From a virus, in IMG/VR virus record IMGVR_UViG_3300042894_006198, positions 64,001-128,000 of that record: a stretch of DNA of 64,000 bases. One strand, written 5' to 3'. The translations under genes and the position numbers were made by a program. Positions 21,159 through 30,222 of this stretch are shown here, piece by piece. The number at the start of each line of letters is the position of its first letter. The stretch's first letter is position 1. The notes beneath the pieces were generated by a model, which searched no databases, was not told the origin of the DNA, and saw only the letters and a program-made list of their open reading frames with translations.

Positions 21159-22289
21159 ATGAAATTTACAAAACGAACACTTGTGCATACTGCACTAGCT
21201 GCAATGACTGCTTTGGCTTTGGCAGGTTGTGGCAAAAAAGAAGAAGCCAAAGCACCTGCTGCTGAAGCACCTAAATCAGCAGAACCTTTAAAAATTGGAT
21301 TTATATATGTAGGTCCTGTTGGTGATGCAGGATGGACATTTGCTCATGACAATGGTCGTAAACATATTGAAGCTAAATTTGGTGATAAAATTAAAACTAC
21401 GTTTGTTGAGAAAGTACCTGAAGGTGCTGATGCTGAGCGTGTTATTCGTGATTTAGTTGGTCAAGGTAATAAATTAATCTTCGCAACATCATTTGGTTTT
21501 GGTGATGCAATGGAAAAAGTAGCCAAAGACCATCCTGACGTAAAGTTTGAACATGCTACAGGATATAAAACAGCAGAAAATCTACGAGTATATGAAGCAA
21601 GATTTTACGAAGATGCTTACATGGCAGGTATTGTAGCAGGTAGTATGACAAAAACTAATACATTAGGATTTGTTGCTAGTTTCCCAATTCCTGAAGTATT
21701 GCGTAATATTAATGCGTTTACTCTAGGTGCACGTAGTGTTAATCCTAAAGTTACTACCAAAGTTGTATGGGTGAATACATGGTTTGACCCACCAAAAGAG
21801 GGCGAATCAGCACAAGCATTAATTAACCAAAAAGCTGACGTATTGTTACAAAATACTGATTCTACTGCGGTATTATTAACTGCTGAGAAAAATAATAAGT
21901 ATGCTTTTGGTTGGGATAGTGATATGAGCGCATTTGCTCCAAAAGCACACTTAGGTTCAGCCATTGTAAATTGGGGACCATACTACGAAAAAGCTGTCAA
22001 TGATGTATTAGGTGGTACGTGGAAAACAAGTGACACTAAATGGGGTACTAAAGAAGGTACTAATGATTTAGTAAAGATTAATGATGTTGTATCTGATGCT
22101 GCTAAGAAAAAGGTTGATGAAGTCAAAGCAGGGTTAAAGGCAGGTACATTCCATGTGTTCAAAGGACCACTCAAAGACAACACAGGTAAAGTTGTATTGG
22201 AAAAAGATGTGGTTGGTGATGATGCATGGAAAGGTAAAATTAATTTCTACATTGAAGGTGTAGAGGGCAAAGTACCATCAGGTAAGTAA
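21159..22289 (+). CDS. BMP-family ABC transporter substrate-binding lipoprotein (purine/nucleoside type)
   Basis: Lipobox LAGC; GFIYVGPVGDAGWT.AH, ATSFG, PIPEV.RNINAF.LG; AAGGA SD. Confidence 0.92.
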   Translation: MKFTKRTLVHTALAAMTALALAGCGKKEEAKAPAAEAPKSAEPLKIGFIYVGPVGDAGWTFAHDNGRKHIEAKFGDKIKTTFVEKVPEGADAERVIRDLVGQGNKLIFATSFGFGDAMEKVAKDHPDVKFEHATGYKTAENLRVYEARFYEDAYMAGIVAGSMTKTNTLGFVASFPIPEVLRNINAFTLGARSVNPKVTTKVVWVNTWFDPPKEGESAQALINQKADVLLQNTDSTAVLLTAEKNNKYAFGWDSDMSAFAPKAHLGSAIVNWGPYYEKAVNDVLGGTWKTSDTKWGTKEGTNDLVKINDVVSDAAKKKVDEVKAGLKAGTFHVFKGPLKDNTGKVVLEKDVVGDDAWKGKINFYIEGVEGKVPSGK

Positions 22290-22483
22290 TGTTTAATTCA
22301 GCAAGTACAAAGTTATCACTGATTGCAAAACGTGCAGGTGTTGAATACACTGAAAGCATAGAGTTATTTGCAGAGATGATAGCCGAAGAATGTGCTGAGA
22401 TTGCCGAAACAGCGTGGCAGGTAAAGTTATCTGCTGCGCCTGTTATTCGTAGACACTTTAATTTAATAGAACCTAAAGGATAA
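22289..22483 (+). CDS. Small protein, distant member of the MNERI...FA.LI..EC...HF family
   Basis: AKRAG...ELFAEMIAEECA...IRRHF. Confidence 0.6.
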   Translation: MFNSASTKLSLIAKRAGVEYTESIELFAEMIAEECAEIAETAWQVKLSAAPVIRRHFNLIEPKG

Positions 22484-22489
22484 ATTATA

Positions 22490-22639
22490 ATGAAAACAAT
22501 AACTAAAGATGATGTTTATATTGGGGTTTTTGTAGTATCAATGATATTAATTGGCATATTTTTTGACATTGGACCCGTTTGTATGACAGGATGGAACCCA
22601 ATGTTAGGTGAATGTTCTGATATCGTTAAAACTAAATAA
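22490..22639 (+). CDS. Single-TM microprotein (49 aa)
   Basis: AAGGA upstream, hydrophobic helix, two Cys. Confidence 0.5.
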   Translation: MKTITKDDVYIGVFVVSMILIGIFFDIGPVCMTGWNPMLGECSDIVKTK

Positions 22640-22643
22640 TAGT

Positions 22644-22938
22644 ATTGTTGTATGAAGTTGAAGGAAAAGTGCTGCGGACGGGGCTTCGATGCCCCCTGGT
22701 CCACCAAGTATGCTAGTCCGGTAGCAATAGTGTGAGTGACTACTGTCTTGTGCGAGTCAAGACCATACCTGCTGGGCCAGACATGGTTTCGACGGGGTAA
22801 CAAGTACGGATATGGACAACACGATAGGCGATGATCGTTAATCAAGCAAAACAAATAGACGCAAACGATGAAACATTTGCTCTAGCTGCCTAAACAAAGG
22901 TAAGCGGGGGTAGGAAATACCTAGCAACAGGAAATACC
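22644..22938 (+). ncRNA. ssrA: Circularly permuted (two-piece) tmRNA; tag ANDETFALAA*
   Basis: The T-arm and 3' acceptor strand CTGGTCC-A-CCA (ending 22706) lie upstream of the 5' strand GGGCCAG (22774-22780), giving a G3.U pair. Resume context AAATAGAC|GCA; tag at 22861-22893. Preceded by TAAATA (22633-22638) and followed by a terminator. Outer ends are approximate. Confidence 0.92.
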
Positions 22939-22964
22939 ATTAGGGGCAATGCCCCTAATTTTTT
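22939..22964 (+). terminator. Intrinsic terminator after the tmRNA
   Basis: ATTAGGGGC-AAT-GCCCCTAAT followed by a T-tract. Confidence 0.85.
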
Positions 22965-23032
22965 ATTATGTTTTGTTTTTACGTAAAGTGGTATTGTTAA
23001 ATACTTCTTTAATTTTTTACAAGGAAATATAC

Positions 23033-23959
23033 ATGGCTATTAAAAATACAACCATTACCATTGAAGATACTCCTGTCAATACAACTTATCAAGATGTAAC
23101 AGGTACAACAACAGGTGCAGGAACAGGCGCAAAATTTGATGTTGTTAAAAATAATGGAGCATACAATGTTACATTAGACACTGCAACAGGTTCTTTTGGT
23201 ACAGGTTATGTAGCAGGTGACACTATTACGATTGCAGGAACAAGTTTGGGTGGCATAGCACCAACTAATAACTTGATCGTAACTGTTGGTACAGTAGGCG
23301 CAAATGGTGCTATTGCAACATTTGGTGCTGTGGGTGCAGGTCGTAAGGGTGATGGTAATATTGATGTTGTAGTAAAAATTGAAGGTACAGCATTAGATAT
23401 TGAAACTTATAATATGAATGGTAAAAGTACTGATTTTACTTTAACTTATGATGCTATTAATAAAGATATTATTGCAACAAGTGCACTAGCAACAAACGTT
23501 AAGTTTGTATTGGATGATGTTGAACGTGTTGCTTTTACTGATAAGCGTTTAGCATTTGATACAGTAGGAACAGATTTAGGTAAAATTATTGCTTTAATGG
23601 CAGCAGCTATTGGTGAAAATGACATTACCCCTGCTTATATTGGTGCAGGTATGTACCTACGTGAAAATTTAGGTTGGACAGTAAAAGAAATTGCTGCTAA
23701 GATTTTAACAAGCACTGAGTATCTAACTGACGCAGGAGGTACCTCAAATACCGTATTTGCTAAACATGTATGGCAAAATGTATTTGGTCGTGAAGGAACC
23801 TATGATGAAATAGCTTCAGTTATTGAAACTATTGAAAAACATGGATATAGTCAAGCAGACGTACTTATGGTAGCTGCAAATCGTCCTGAGCTATTAGCGC
23901 AGATTGACTTAGTTGGGTTGCAAACTACAGGTGTAGAATACGTTCCATTTGGTGGTTAA
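23033..23959 (+). CDS. Surface/S-layer-like protein with C-terminal DUF4214-like domain
   Basis: G/T-rich N-terminus; VERVAFTDKRLAFD; SNTVFAKHVWQNVFGR; LVGLQTTGVEY C-terminus. Confidence 0.65.
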   Translation: MAIKNTTITIEDTPVNTTYQDVTGTTTGAGTGAKFDVVKNNGAYNVTLDTATGSFGTGYVAGDTITIAGTSLGGIAPTNNLIVTVGTVGANGAIATFGAVGAGRKGDGNIDVVVKIEGTALDIETYNMNGKSTDFTLTYDAINKDIIATSALATNVKFVLDDVERVAFTDKRLAFDTVGTDLGKIIALMAAAIGENDITPAYIGAGMYLRENLGWTVKEIAAKILTSTEYLTDAGGTSNTVFAKHVWQNVFGREGTYDEIASVIETIEKHGYSQADVLMVAANRPELLAQIDLVGLQTTGVEYVPFGG

Positions 23960-23971
23960 TCCACATTATAT

Positions 23972-23997
23972 AGGGCACTAGGAGTAGTGCTCTTTTT
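23972..23997 (+). terminator. Intrinsic terminator
   Basis: AGGGCACTA-GGAG-TAGTGCTCT followed by TTTT. Confidence 0.8.
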
Positions 23998-24026
23998 AGA
24001 TATAAATATCTAAAAAGGAAAATATA

Positions 24027-24452
24027 ATGTATATATATCGTTGCAAAATCAATAAAGTTGTAGATGGTGATACAGTTGAGATTGATTTAGATCTTGGCTT
24101 TAATATTGTGTTAGTAAATCAAAAAGTACGTATGGCAGGTATTGATACTCCTGAAAGTAGAACATCTATCGCTGAAGAAAAAGAACGTGGGTTAATATCC
24201 AAGAAAAAATTAGCTGAAAAATTACCTGTAGGTAGTTGGCAACGTATTCAAACCATGCGAGCAGACAGTAACGATGATAAATTTGGTCGTATTCTTGGCG
24301 TGTTTATTATGGAAGATGGCATGAGTTTAAATCAATGGATGATTGATAATAACTATGCTGTATTGTATCAAGGTGAAAATAAAGAATTGGTACAAGAAGG
24401 TCATCGTTATAATAAACAAAAGTTGATAGAGCGTGGTGAACTAAAAGCATAA
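24027..24452 (+). CDS. Thermonuclease (SNase-like) family nuclease
   Basis: VVDGDT, VRMAGIDTPE, DKFGRIL; TATAAATA at 24001-24008. Confidence 0.9.
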   Translation: MYIYRCKINKVVDGDTVEIDLDLGFNIVLVNQKVRMAGIDTPESRTSIAEEKERGLISKKKLAEKLPVGSWQRIQTMRADSNDDKFGRILGVFIMEDGMSLNQWMIDNNYAVLYQGENKELVQEGHRYNKQKLIERGELKA

Positions 24453-24462
24453 ATACATAATC

Positions 24463-25104
24463 ATGCTAACAAGAGAATTCATGCAAGAAGGGGTCAATGA
24501 CCCCAATATCTTTAAGGCTATTTTTATGGCAGGGGGTCCAGGCTCAGGCAAAAGTTTTGTTTCCCGTAAATTAGGACTACAAGCAGCAGGACTCCGCACC
24601 ATTAATAGCGATGATGCGTTTGAATTTTTGCTTCGTAAACATCAATTAGACCCTAAAATGCCACCTGAAGAACAAGAAAAGCGTGATATTGTCAGACAAC
24701 GTGCTAAACAAATGACTAAAACAAAAGAAACTAATTTGTTATATGGTCGTATTGGTTTAATAATAGATGGTACCGCAAAAAATGCTGAAAAAACTGCTAA
24801 AACTAAAGCAGGATTAGAAAGTATTGGTTATCAAACGATGATGGTATTTGTCAATACAAGTTTAGATGTAGCACTTCAACGTAACCGTATGCGTGAACGA
24901 AGCGTTCCTGATGAAGTCGTAAAACAAGCACATGCTGAAGTACAAATTGGTAAAGATGCATTGCAGCAAGTTTTTGGATCTAATTTTGTTGTCGTGCTTA
25001 ATGACATGGATCCTGATTTTAAACCTGCTTATAAAAAAGTACAACAATTTTTACGTAAACCATTAACACCCGTTGCCCAACAATGGGTTGATCAGCACCG
25101 CTAA
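24463..25104 (+). CDS. P-loop kinase (zeta-toxin/AAA_33/PNK-like) with capsid-targeting-like N-terminus
   Basis: AGGPGSGKS, INSDD, IIDGT, ALQRN..R.R.VP; N-terminus MLTREFMQE. Confidence 0.8.
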   Translation: MLTREFMQEGVNDPNIFKAIFMAGGPGSGKSFVSRKLGLQAAGLRTINSDDAFEFLLRKHQLDPKMPPEEQEKRDIVRQRAKQMTKTKETNLLYGRIGLIIDGTAKNAEKTAKTKAGLESIGYQTMMVFVNTSLDVALQRNRMRERSVPDEVVKQAHAEVQIGKDALQQVFGSNFVVVLNDMDPDFKPAYKKVQQFLRKPLTPVAQQWVDQHR

Positions 25105-25199
25105 TTTCTCTAAATTGTTTGTGTAAATATAAATAATATGTCAATATATTGTCATAGACATTTATTTTCGTTATTCACACACAGAAAGGAGAGATTATA

Positions 25200-25763
25200 A
25201 TGAAAACAGTAGGTTACAAACTTACACCATTTGCAATTACAGGGGTTAAGCCCCATCAACCTGAAGATGCATTCTTCACAATCACAGAAAAAAGTTTTGA
25301 GGGTAAATGGAAAATTATCGTTTATTATCCAAAAGATTTTACTTTTGTATGTCCTACAGAAATTGTAGCTTATGATAAACTAGCTAAAGACTTTGAAGAT
25401 CGTGATGCTGTATTACTTACAGGCAGCACAGACAACGAGTTTTGTAAAGTAGCGTGGCAAAAAGCGCATCCTGATTTACAGAAAATTTCACATACACAAT
25501 TTGCTGATACACAGCGTGAACACTATGATGGTGAGAAATATGTAAATTTAAGCCTTATAGAACAACTAGGTGTCTTTTATGATCCTGCAGGTGCTGCACT
25601 ACGTGCTACATTTATTATTGATCCTGACAATGTTATCCAACATGTTACAGTAAATAATTTAAATGTTGGTCGTTCACCTGAAGAAACATTGCGTGTACTT
25701 GACGCATTACAAACAGGCGAACTTTGTGCATGTAATCGTTCTATTGGTGGCGAAACTCTGTGA
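25200..25763 (+). CDS. ahpC: Peroxiredoxin AhpC
   Basis: YPKDFTFVCPTE, ALRATFIIDP, GR...E.LR.LDALQ, LCACN. Confidence 0.95.
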   Translation: MKTVGYKLTPFAITGVKPHQPEDAFFTITEKSFEGKWKIIVYYPKDFTFVCPTEIVAYDKLAKDFEDRDAVLLTGSTDNEFCKVAWQKAHPDLQKISHTQFADTQREHYDGEKYVNLSLIEQLGVFYDPAGAALRATFIIDPDNVIQHVTVNNLNVGRSPEETLRVLDALQTGELCACNRSIGGETL

Positions 25764-25906
25764 TTAGGTTATTAATTGCTTTCATAGTAGCTTTTGTAAT
25801 ACCAATTGTAATTGGATTTGGGTTATATAGCATTCGTGATGAGCATTACGCAGTAACGAATGTTTGTAATTCTACATTTTACCCTGATATATGTGGAAAG
25901 GAATAA
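25760..25906 (+). CDS. Single-TM microprotein (48 aa, GTG start)
   Basis: GTGA overlap with the ahpC stop; hydrophobic N-terminus. Confidence 0.45.
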   Translation: MIRLLIAFIVAFVIPIVIGFGLYSIRDEHYAVTNVCNSTFYPDICGKE

Positions 25907-25908
25907 TT

Positions 25909-26271
25909 ATGTTTGGTTTTTTAAAATTTTTGATACTTATTGTAAAATCGTTTATTCAGCTTTTAGACCCTGATCGTAACGCATTACAAGATGCACCACC
26001 ACAAATTAAGTATATAACTAGTATATTATTAGCATCTTTTTGGGCATTATCTTTTAGTTTGTTTATTGGTGAATTATCATACTTAGGATATAATATCATA
26101 GGTCATGTCGCAGTAGTTTCTATGGCATTTGTTACTTGGGTAGTATTTAAGCATTTTCATAAAACCTACACATTAAGAAATGAATATGATTTATTGCGTG
26201 ATCCTAATCGTAACCCAAAATGTTATGAACTGACTGATCAACAAAGACTTGAAGCAGCGTCGAAATTTTAA
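25909..26271 (+). CDS. Membrane protein, hypothetical
   Basis: AAGGA SD; two hydrophobic helices. Confidence 0.65.
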   Translation: MFGFLKFLILIVKSFIQLLDPDRNALQDAPPQIKYITSILLASFWALSFSLFIGELSYLGYNIIGHVAVVSMAFVTWVVFKHFHKTYTLRNEYDLLRDPNRNPKCYELTDQQRLEAASKF

Positions 26272-26273
26272 AA

Positions 26274-27449
26274 GTGAGTAGTTTGCTTTTGATTATAGCA
26301 ACCATGGTGTTAGTACCATGGTTGTTTTTAAAATTAACACGTTTAGACAAACATATTCCATTACCAATGGCACAAATTGCTTTTGGGATATGTTTTGGTC
26401 CTAGCGCATTTGGCTCCGTATTACCTGAACTATGGTCTACAGTTTTTACCCAACCCGTTCGTTTTGGTCTTGATGCTATACAAATATTAGCAATTAGCGT
26501 ATTTGCTTTTATTGCAGGTATTGAACTTAAACCAAAAGAAATTATAGAACGTGAAGGTTCAGCAATATGGAAGCAAGCATTTCATGTAATTGTAATTCCC
26601 ATCGTATTAGCAGGTTTTAGTTTTATACTTTTTTTTGATGATCCTATATGGCATAATCCCGAAATACCATTTTGGAAATATGCATGGACTATGGGTGTTG
26701 CAACGTGTATTACTGCTATGCCTATGTTAGTTGTGGCTTGTAAATCAATGGGTATTTGGAATACACACACTAGTAAAAAATTGCTTGGTTTAGTAACTTT
26801 TGATGATTTAATATTATGGCTTACCGTAGCTGTAATTGTTAGTGTGGGTAAGTATGCAATTAATGCGTCAATATTTTTTGCTGTATTAGCTGTTTTATGG
26901 TATGCATGGCCTAAGATTTTAGAATATGCGGGTGAAAGTTCACATCCTACATTAACTGTAGCTTTAGCATTAGCTATGGCAAGTTTTAGTCATTGGGCAG
27001 GATTGCATTATGTTTTAGGCGCATTCTTTGCAGGTATGATTACACCAAGGTCAGCAATCAAGTGGAATGAAGGTATGGAAGTTCAACAAATGTATTGGCT
27101 GATGCCTGTTTTCTTTATTTGGACAGGATTAAAGTCGCAATGGACGTTAGACTTTGAAATCATTTTAGCGGGTGCGTTAGGGATGTTTGCTATAGCAATA
27201 ATAACAAAATTTGTTGGTGTATGGTTAGCATATCGAGATCAAGGCTTACAATTGGTTTTATTTAAAACAGCTTTGTTACAAAATAAAGGATTAATGGAGA
27301 TATTCTTAGTATCTATGTTATTAGGTGCAGGTATTATTAGCACCAATATGTTTGCAGCAGTTGTTATTATGAGCTTAATTAGTACAGTATCTGCTGTACC
27401 ATTAGCAAAGTTATTTTACAAACCTGAATACGTTGAAAAGGAGTATTAA
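26274..27449 (+). CDS. Cation:proton antiporter (CPA2/Kef-like)
   Basis: Polytopic membrane protein; GPSAFG, AGIEL, ITA.P, FDD, LGAFFAG, PVFF..TG, NKGLME. Confidence 0.85.
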   Translation: MSSLLLIIATMVLVPWLFLKLTRLDKHIPLPMAQIAFGICFGPSAFGSVLPELWSTVFTQPVRFGLDAIQILAISVFAFIAGIELKPKEIIEREGSAIWKQAFHVIVIPIVLAGFSFILFFDDPIWHNPEIPFWKYAWTMGVATCITAMPMLVVACKSMGIWNTHTSKKLLGLVTFDDLILWLTVAVIVSVGKYAINASIFFAVLAVLWYAWPKILEYAGESSHPTLTVALALAMASFSHWAGLHYVLGAFFAGMITPRSAIKWNEGMEVQQMYWLMPVFFIWTGLKSQWTLDFEIILAGALGMFAIAIITKFVGVWLAYRDQGLQLVLFKTALLQNKGLMEIFLVSMLLGAGIISTNMFAAVVIMSLISTVSAVPLAKLFYKPEYVEKEY

Positions 27450-27584
27450 ATGTTTGAATATGAAACACTATGGGACATATATGAAGTAAAGTTTGTATTT
27501 ATTTTTTTGTCTATTGTTGTATCTATAGTGTTAGCTACATTAATGTACGACAAAAATAAGAAAGATAAAAATAAAGATGATTGA
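27450..27584 (+). CDS. Single-TM microprotein (44 aa)
   Basis: AAGGAG SD, TM helix, charged tail. Confidence 0.5.
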   Translation: MFEYETLWDIYEVKFVFIFLSIVVSIVLATLMYDKNKKDKNKDD

Positions 27585-28176
27585 ATTATTTTGGGCACTA
27601 GGTGCAATAATATTAATTGATGTAGTTTTAGGTGGGGAAAATGCTTTAGTCATAGCAATGGCATCAAGAAATTTACCTCCTTCTTTGCGTAAAAAAGCAT
27701 TGTTATGGGGTACATTTGGTGCGGTAGGTGTTAGATTTCTGTGTATTGCAGCGTTAACGTACTTACTGATGATACCTGGGTTAAGGTTAGTAGGTGGGTT
27801 GGCGTTGCTATATATTGCCTATCAATTGGTACGTGATAAAAAGGACGAGCATGAAGTAAATGCTGCAAATACTTTTTGGGGGGCTATGGCAACAATTGTA
27901 TGGGCAGATGCAGTGATGGGATTAGATAATGCTCTAGCGATTGCAGGAGCAGCAGGTGGCAATTGGTGGTTAATTATTTTTGGGTTACTTTTTAGTGTAC
28001 CAATTATATTGTTTGGAAGCACAGTAGTTGCTAAAATTATGGAACGTTGGCCTAAAACTATTTGGATTGGTGTTAGTGTATTAGTAATTGTAGCATTACA
28101 AATGATTTGGGCTGAACCCCTTTTACATGAATTTATAGGAGAATTTACAAGTGGCGAAATGGATAGAACCAATTAA
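27577..28176 (+). CDS. TerC/YjbE-family membrane protein
   Basis: IDVVLGGENALVIA, ADAVMGLDNALAIAGAA. Confidence 0.9.
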   Translation: MIELFWALGAIILIDVVLGGENALVIAMASRNLPPSLRKKALLWGTFGAVGVRFLCIAALTYLLMIPGLRLVGGLALLYIAYQLVRDKKDEHEVNAANTFWGAMATIVWADAVMGLDNALAIAGAAGGNWWLIIFGLLFSVPIILFGSTVVAKIMERWPKTIWIGVSVLVIVALQMIWAEPLLHEFIGEFTSGEMDRTN

Positions 28177-28666
28177 AGAAGCATTACCTGATTATGCAAA
28201 AGATACACGTTTAAATTTAGATGCAATAATTTTGCGTTCAACTTTAGATAAAACCGAAGCAGAATGTTGTGCTTTAGCAGCAGCAGTAGCAACAGGAAAT
28301 GGTAAAATTGTATCACTTATATTATCAAATATTGAAGATGAAAAAGAACGTGATGCAGCTATGGCAGCAGCAAGCATTATGGCACAAAATAACGTATGGT
28401 ATCCCTATGTTGAAATGACAGGTGATGATCAATTAAAAGGATTACCTGCACAATTACGCATGAATGCAATTTTATCACATGGTGGTACTACTAAAGTACG
28501 ATTTGAAGCATATAGTTTATGTGCTAGCATTGTTGGCAAGTGTCATTTTTGCGTTAAAGCACATTATGATACGCTTAAAAAAGAGGGCTACACTGTGGAA
28601 CAATTACGTGATATTGGACGCATTGCAGCAGTTATTAATTCAGTAGCAAAAGTTTTAGTAGGGTAA
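28151..28666 (+). CDS. ahpD: Alkyl hydroperoxidase AhpD
   Basis: LPDYAKDTRLNL, MAQNNVWY, CHFCVKAH. Confidence 0.92.
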   Translation: MAKWIEPIKEALPDYAKDTRLNLDAIILRSTLDKTEAECCALAAAVATGNGKIVSLILSNIEDEKERDAAMAAASIMAQNNVWYPYVEMTGDDQLKGLPAQLRMNAILSHGGTTKVRFEAYSLCASIVGKCHFCVKAHYDTLKKEGYTVEQLRDIGRIAAVINSVAKVLVG

Positions 28667-28669
28667 TTA

Positions 28670-29848
28670 ATGAGAATTGCAATTATTGGTGCAGGTATTG
28701 CAGGTGTACTTCCTGCGTATTTTTTGTCTAAAAAAGGACATGATGTAACAATTTTTGAACAAGAACGATATGCAGCTATGCGTACAAGTTATGCTAACGG
28801 TGCTCAAGTCAGCGTTAGTAATAGTGAAGTATGGACAACATGGGCTAATGTTACTAAGGGTTTAAAATGGATGCTCAAGAAAGATGCACCATTATTAATA
28901 CATCCTACGTTAGACTTTGACAAAATTAAGTGGATAATTAAATTCTTACAAAATACCGCTATGGGCGTTTATAAACAAAACACCATAGAAACTATTAAAT
29001 TAGGGCTAGAAAGTAGAGCATTATATAAGCAAATTATCAAAGATGAAAATCTTGAATTTGACCAAAGTAATAGTGGTATTTTACATATATATAAAGATCC
29101 AAAATATCTAGATGCTGCTTTTAGTGCTAAAGACCTGTATGAATCACAAGGATGTGAATGGAAAACTATAATTAATCGTGAAGATATCCTTGCTATTGAA
29201 CCTAATCTAAAAGATATGGGTGATTTAATTGGTGCTGCATGGACAAAAGATGATTGGGTTGGAGATATTCATAAGTTTTGTAAAGCATTACTTGATACCA
29301 TTAGAATAAAATATAATGCATGTGTTTCATTTAATGAATCAATTATTGATCCTAGAACATTACTTGAGCATTTTGATAAAGTAATTATTGCAGCAGGTGT
29401 CGAAAGTGTAGAACTTGCTAAAGAATTTGGAGAATCATTACCCATCTATCCTGTAAAAGGATATAGTATTACCGTTGAAGCAACAGATGTGAAATCATAT
29501 CAAGCCATGCCTAAAGTAAGTTTATTGGATGATCAAACAAAAATTGTTAGTTCAACCTTAGGTCCTAGATTACGTGTAGCAGGTACAGCAGAATTATGTG
29601 GATACAATCGTGATATTACAAGAAGCAGAATTGAGCCATTGTTAAATTGGGTAAATCAAAACTTTCCAAATATTGATACAAGTAACTACAGTAGTTGGGC
29701 ATGTTTGCGACCTATGACACCAAATATGATGCCTATTGTGCGTGAAAGTAAAGTAAAAAATATATACTATCATGCAGGACATGGGCATTTAGGATGGACA
29801 ATTAGTCCTGCAACTGCTATTAATTTAGTTAATCAAATCGAAAATTGA
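28670..29848 (+). CDS. dadA: D-amino acid dehydrogenase
   Basis: IIGAGIAG FAD motif, TSYAN, IYPVKGYSIT, LRVAGTAE, LRPMTP, GHGHLGWT. Confidence 0.9.
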   Translation: MRIAIIGAGIAGVLPAYFLSKKGHDVTIFEQERYAAMRTSYANGAQVSVSNSEVWTTWANVTKGLKWMLKKDAPLLIHPTLDFDKIKWIIKFLQNTAMGVYKQNTIETIKLGLESRALYKQIIKDENLEFDQSNSGILHIYKDPKYLDAAFSAKDLYESQGCEWKTIINREDILAIEPNLKDMGDLIGAAWTKDDWVGDIHKFCKALLDTIRIKYNACVSFNESIIDPRTLLEHFDKVIIAAGVESVELAKEFGESLPIYPVKGYSITVEATDVKSYQAMPKVSLLDDQTKIVSSTLGPRLRVAGTAELCGYNRDITRSRIEPLLNWVNQNFPNIDTSNYSSWACLRPMTPNMMPIVRESKVKNIYYHAGHGHLGWTISPATAINLVNQIEN

Positions 29849-29859
29849 TAAATATTAAT

Positions 29860-30111
29860 ATGAGCGAAGAGCAAAACAAAATTAAACATAGTCTTCGCAG
29901 ACTAAAAGATGAAAATGCTGTGAATAAGCAGGTACGAATTGCTAAAGAACACGGTTTTCCCGTTGATGAACCACATAAATTTGCAAAACACCATGCAATG
30001 AATTGTGGTAACCCAAAATGTTTATTATGTTCTAATCCTAGAAAAGTTTTTAAAGAAAAAACAATTCAAGAACAACGACATGAACAACAAAAACTTTGGG
30101 ATGAAGAGTAG
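29860..30111 (+). CDS. Small Zn-binding hypothetical protein
   Basis: CGNPKCLLCSNPR; TAAATA-N5-ATG. Confidence 0.7.
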   Translation: MSEEQNKIKHSLRRLKDENAVNKQVRIAKEHGFPVDEPHKFAKHHAMNCGNPKCLLCSNPRKVFKEKTIQEQRHEQQKLWDEE

Positions 30112-30222
30112 TATAGGTAGTTATTACGTAGTAACGGTGATTATTTTCAGGTATTTTACAGTATAAGTAAATATCTACGCACACATTTTAATGTGTATTT
30201 TTTTATAAAAGAGGAATTGAGC

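Noticed and set aside
22675-22706. T-arm plus CCA read as a stand-alone tRNA
   Set aside because: There is no upstream D or anticodon arm. The pairing strand lies downstream and is followed by a tag ORF, so it is part of the tmRNA.
22516-22854. 112-aa minus-strand ORF
   Set aside because: It overlaps the tmRNA gene in antisense and is better explained as a chance ORF.
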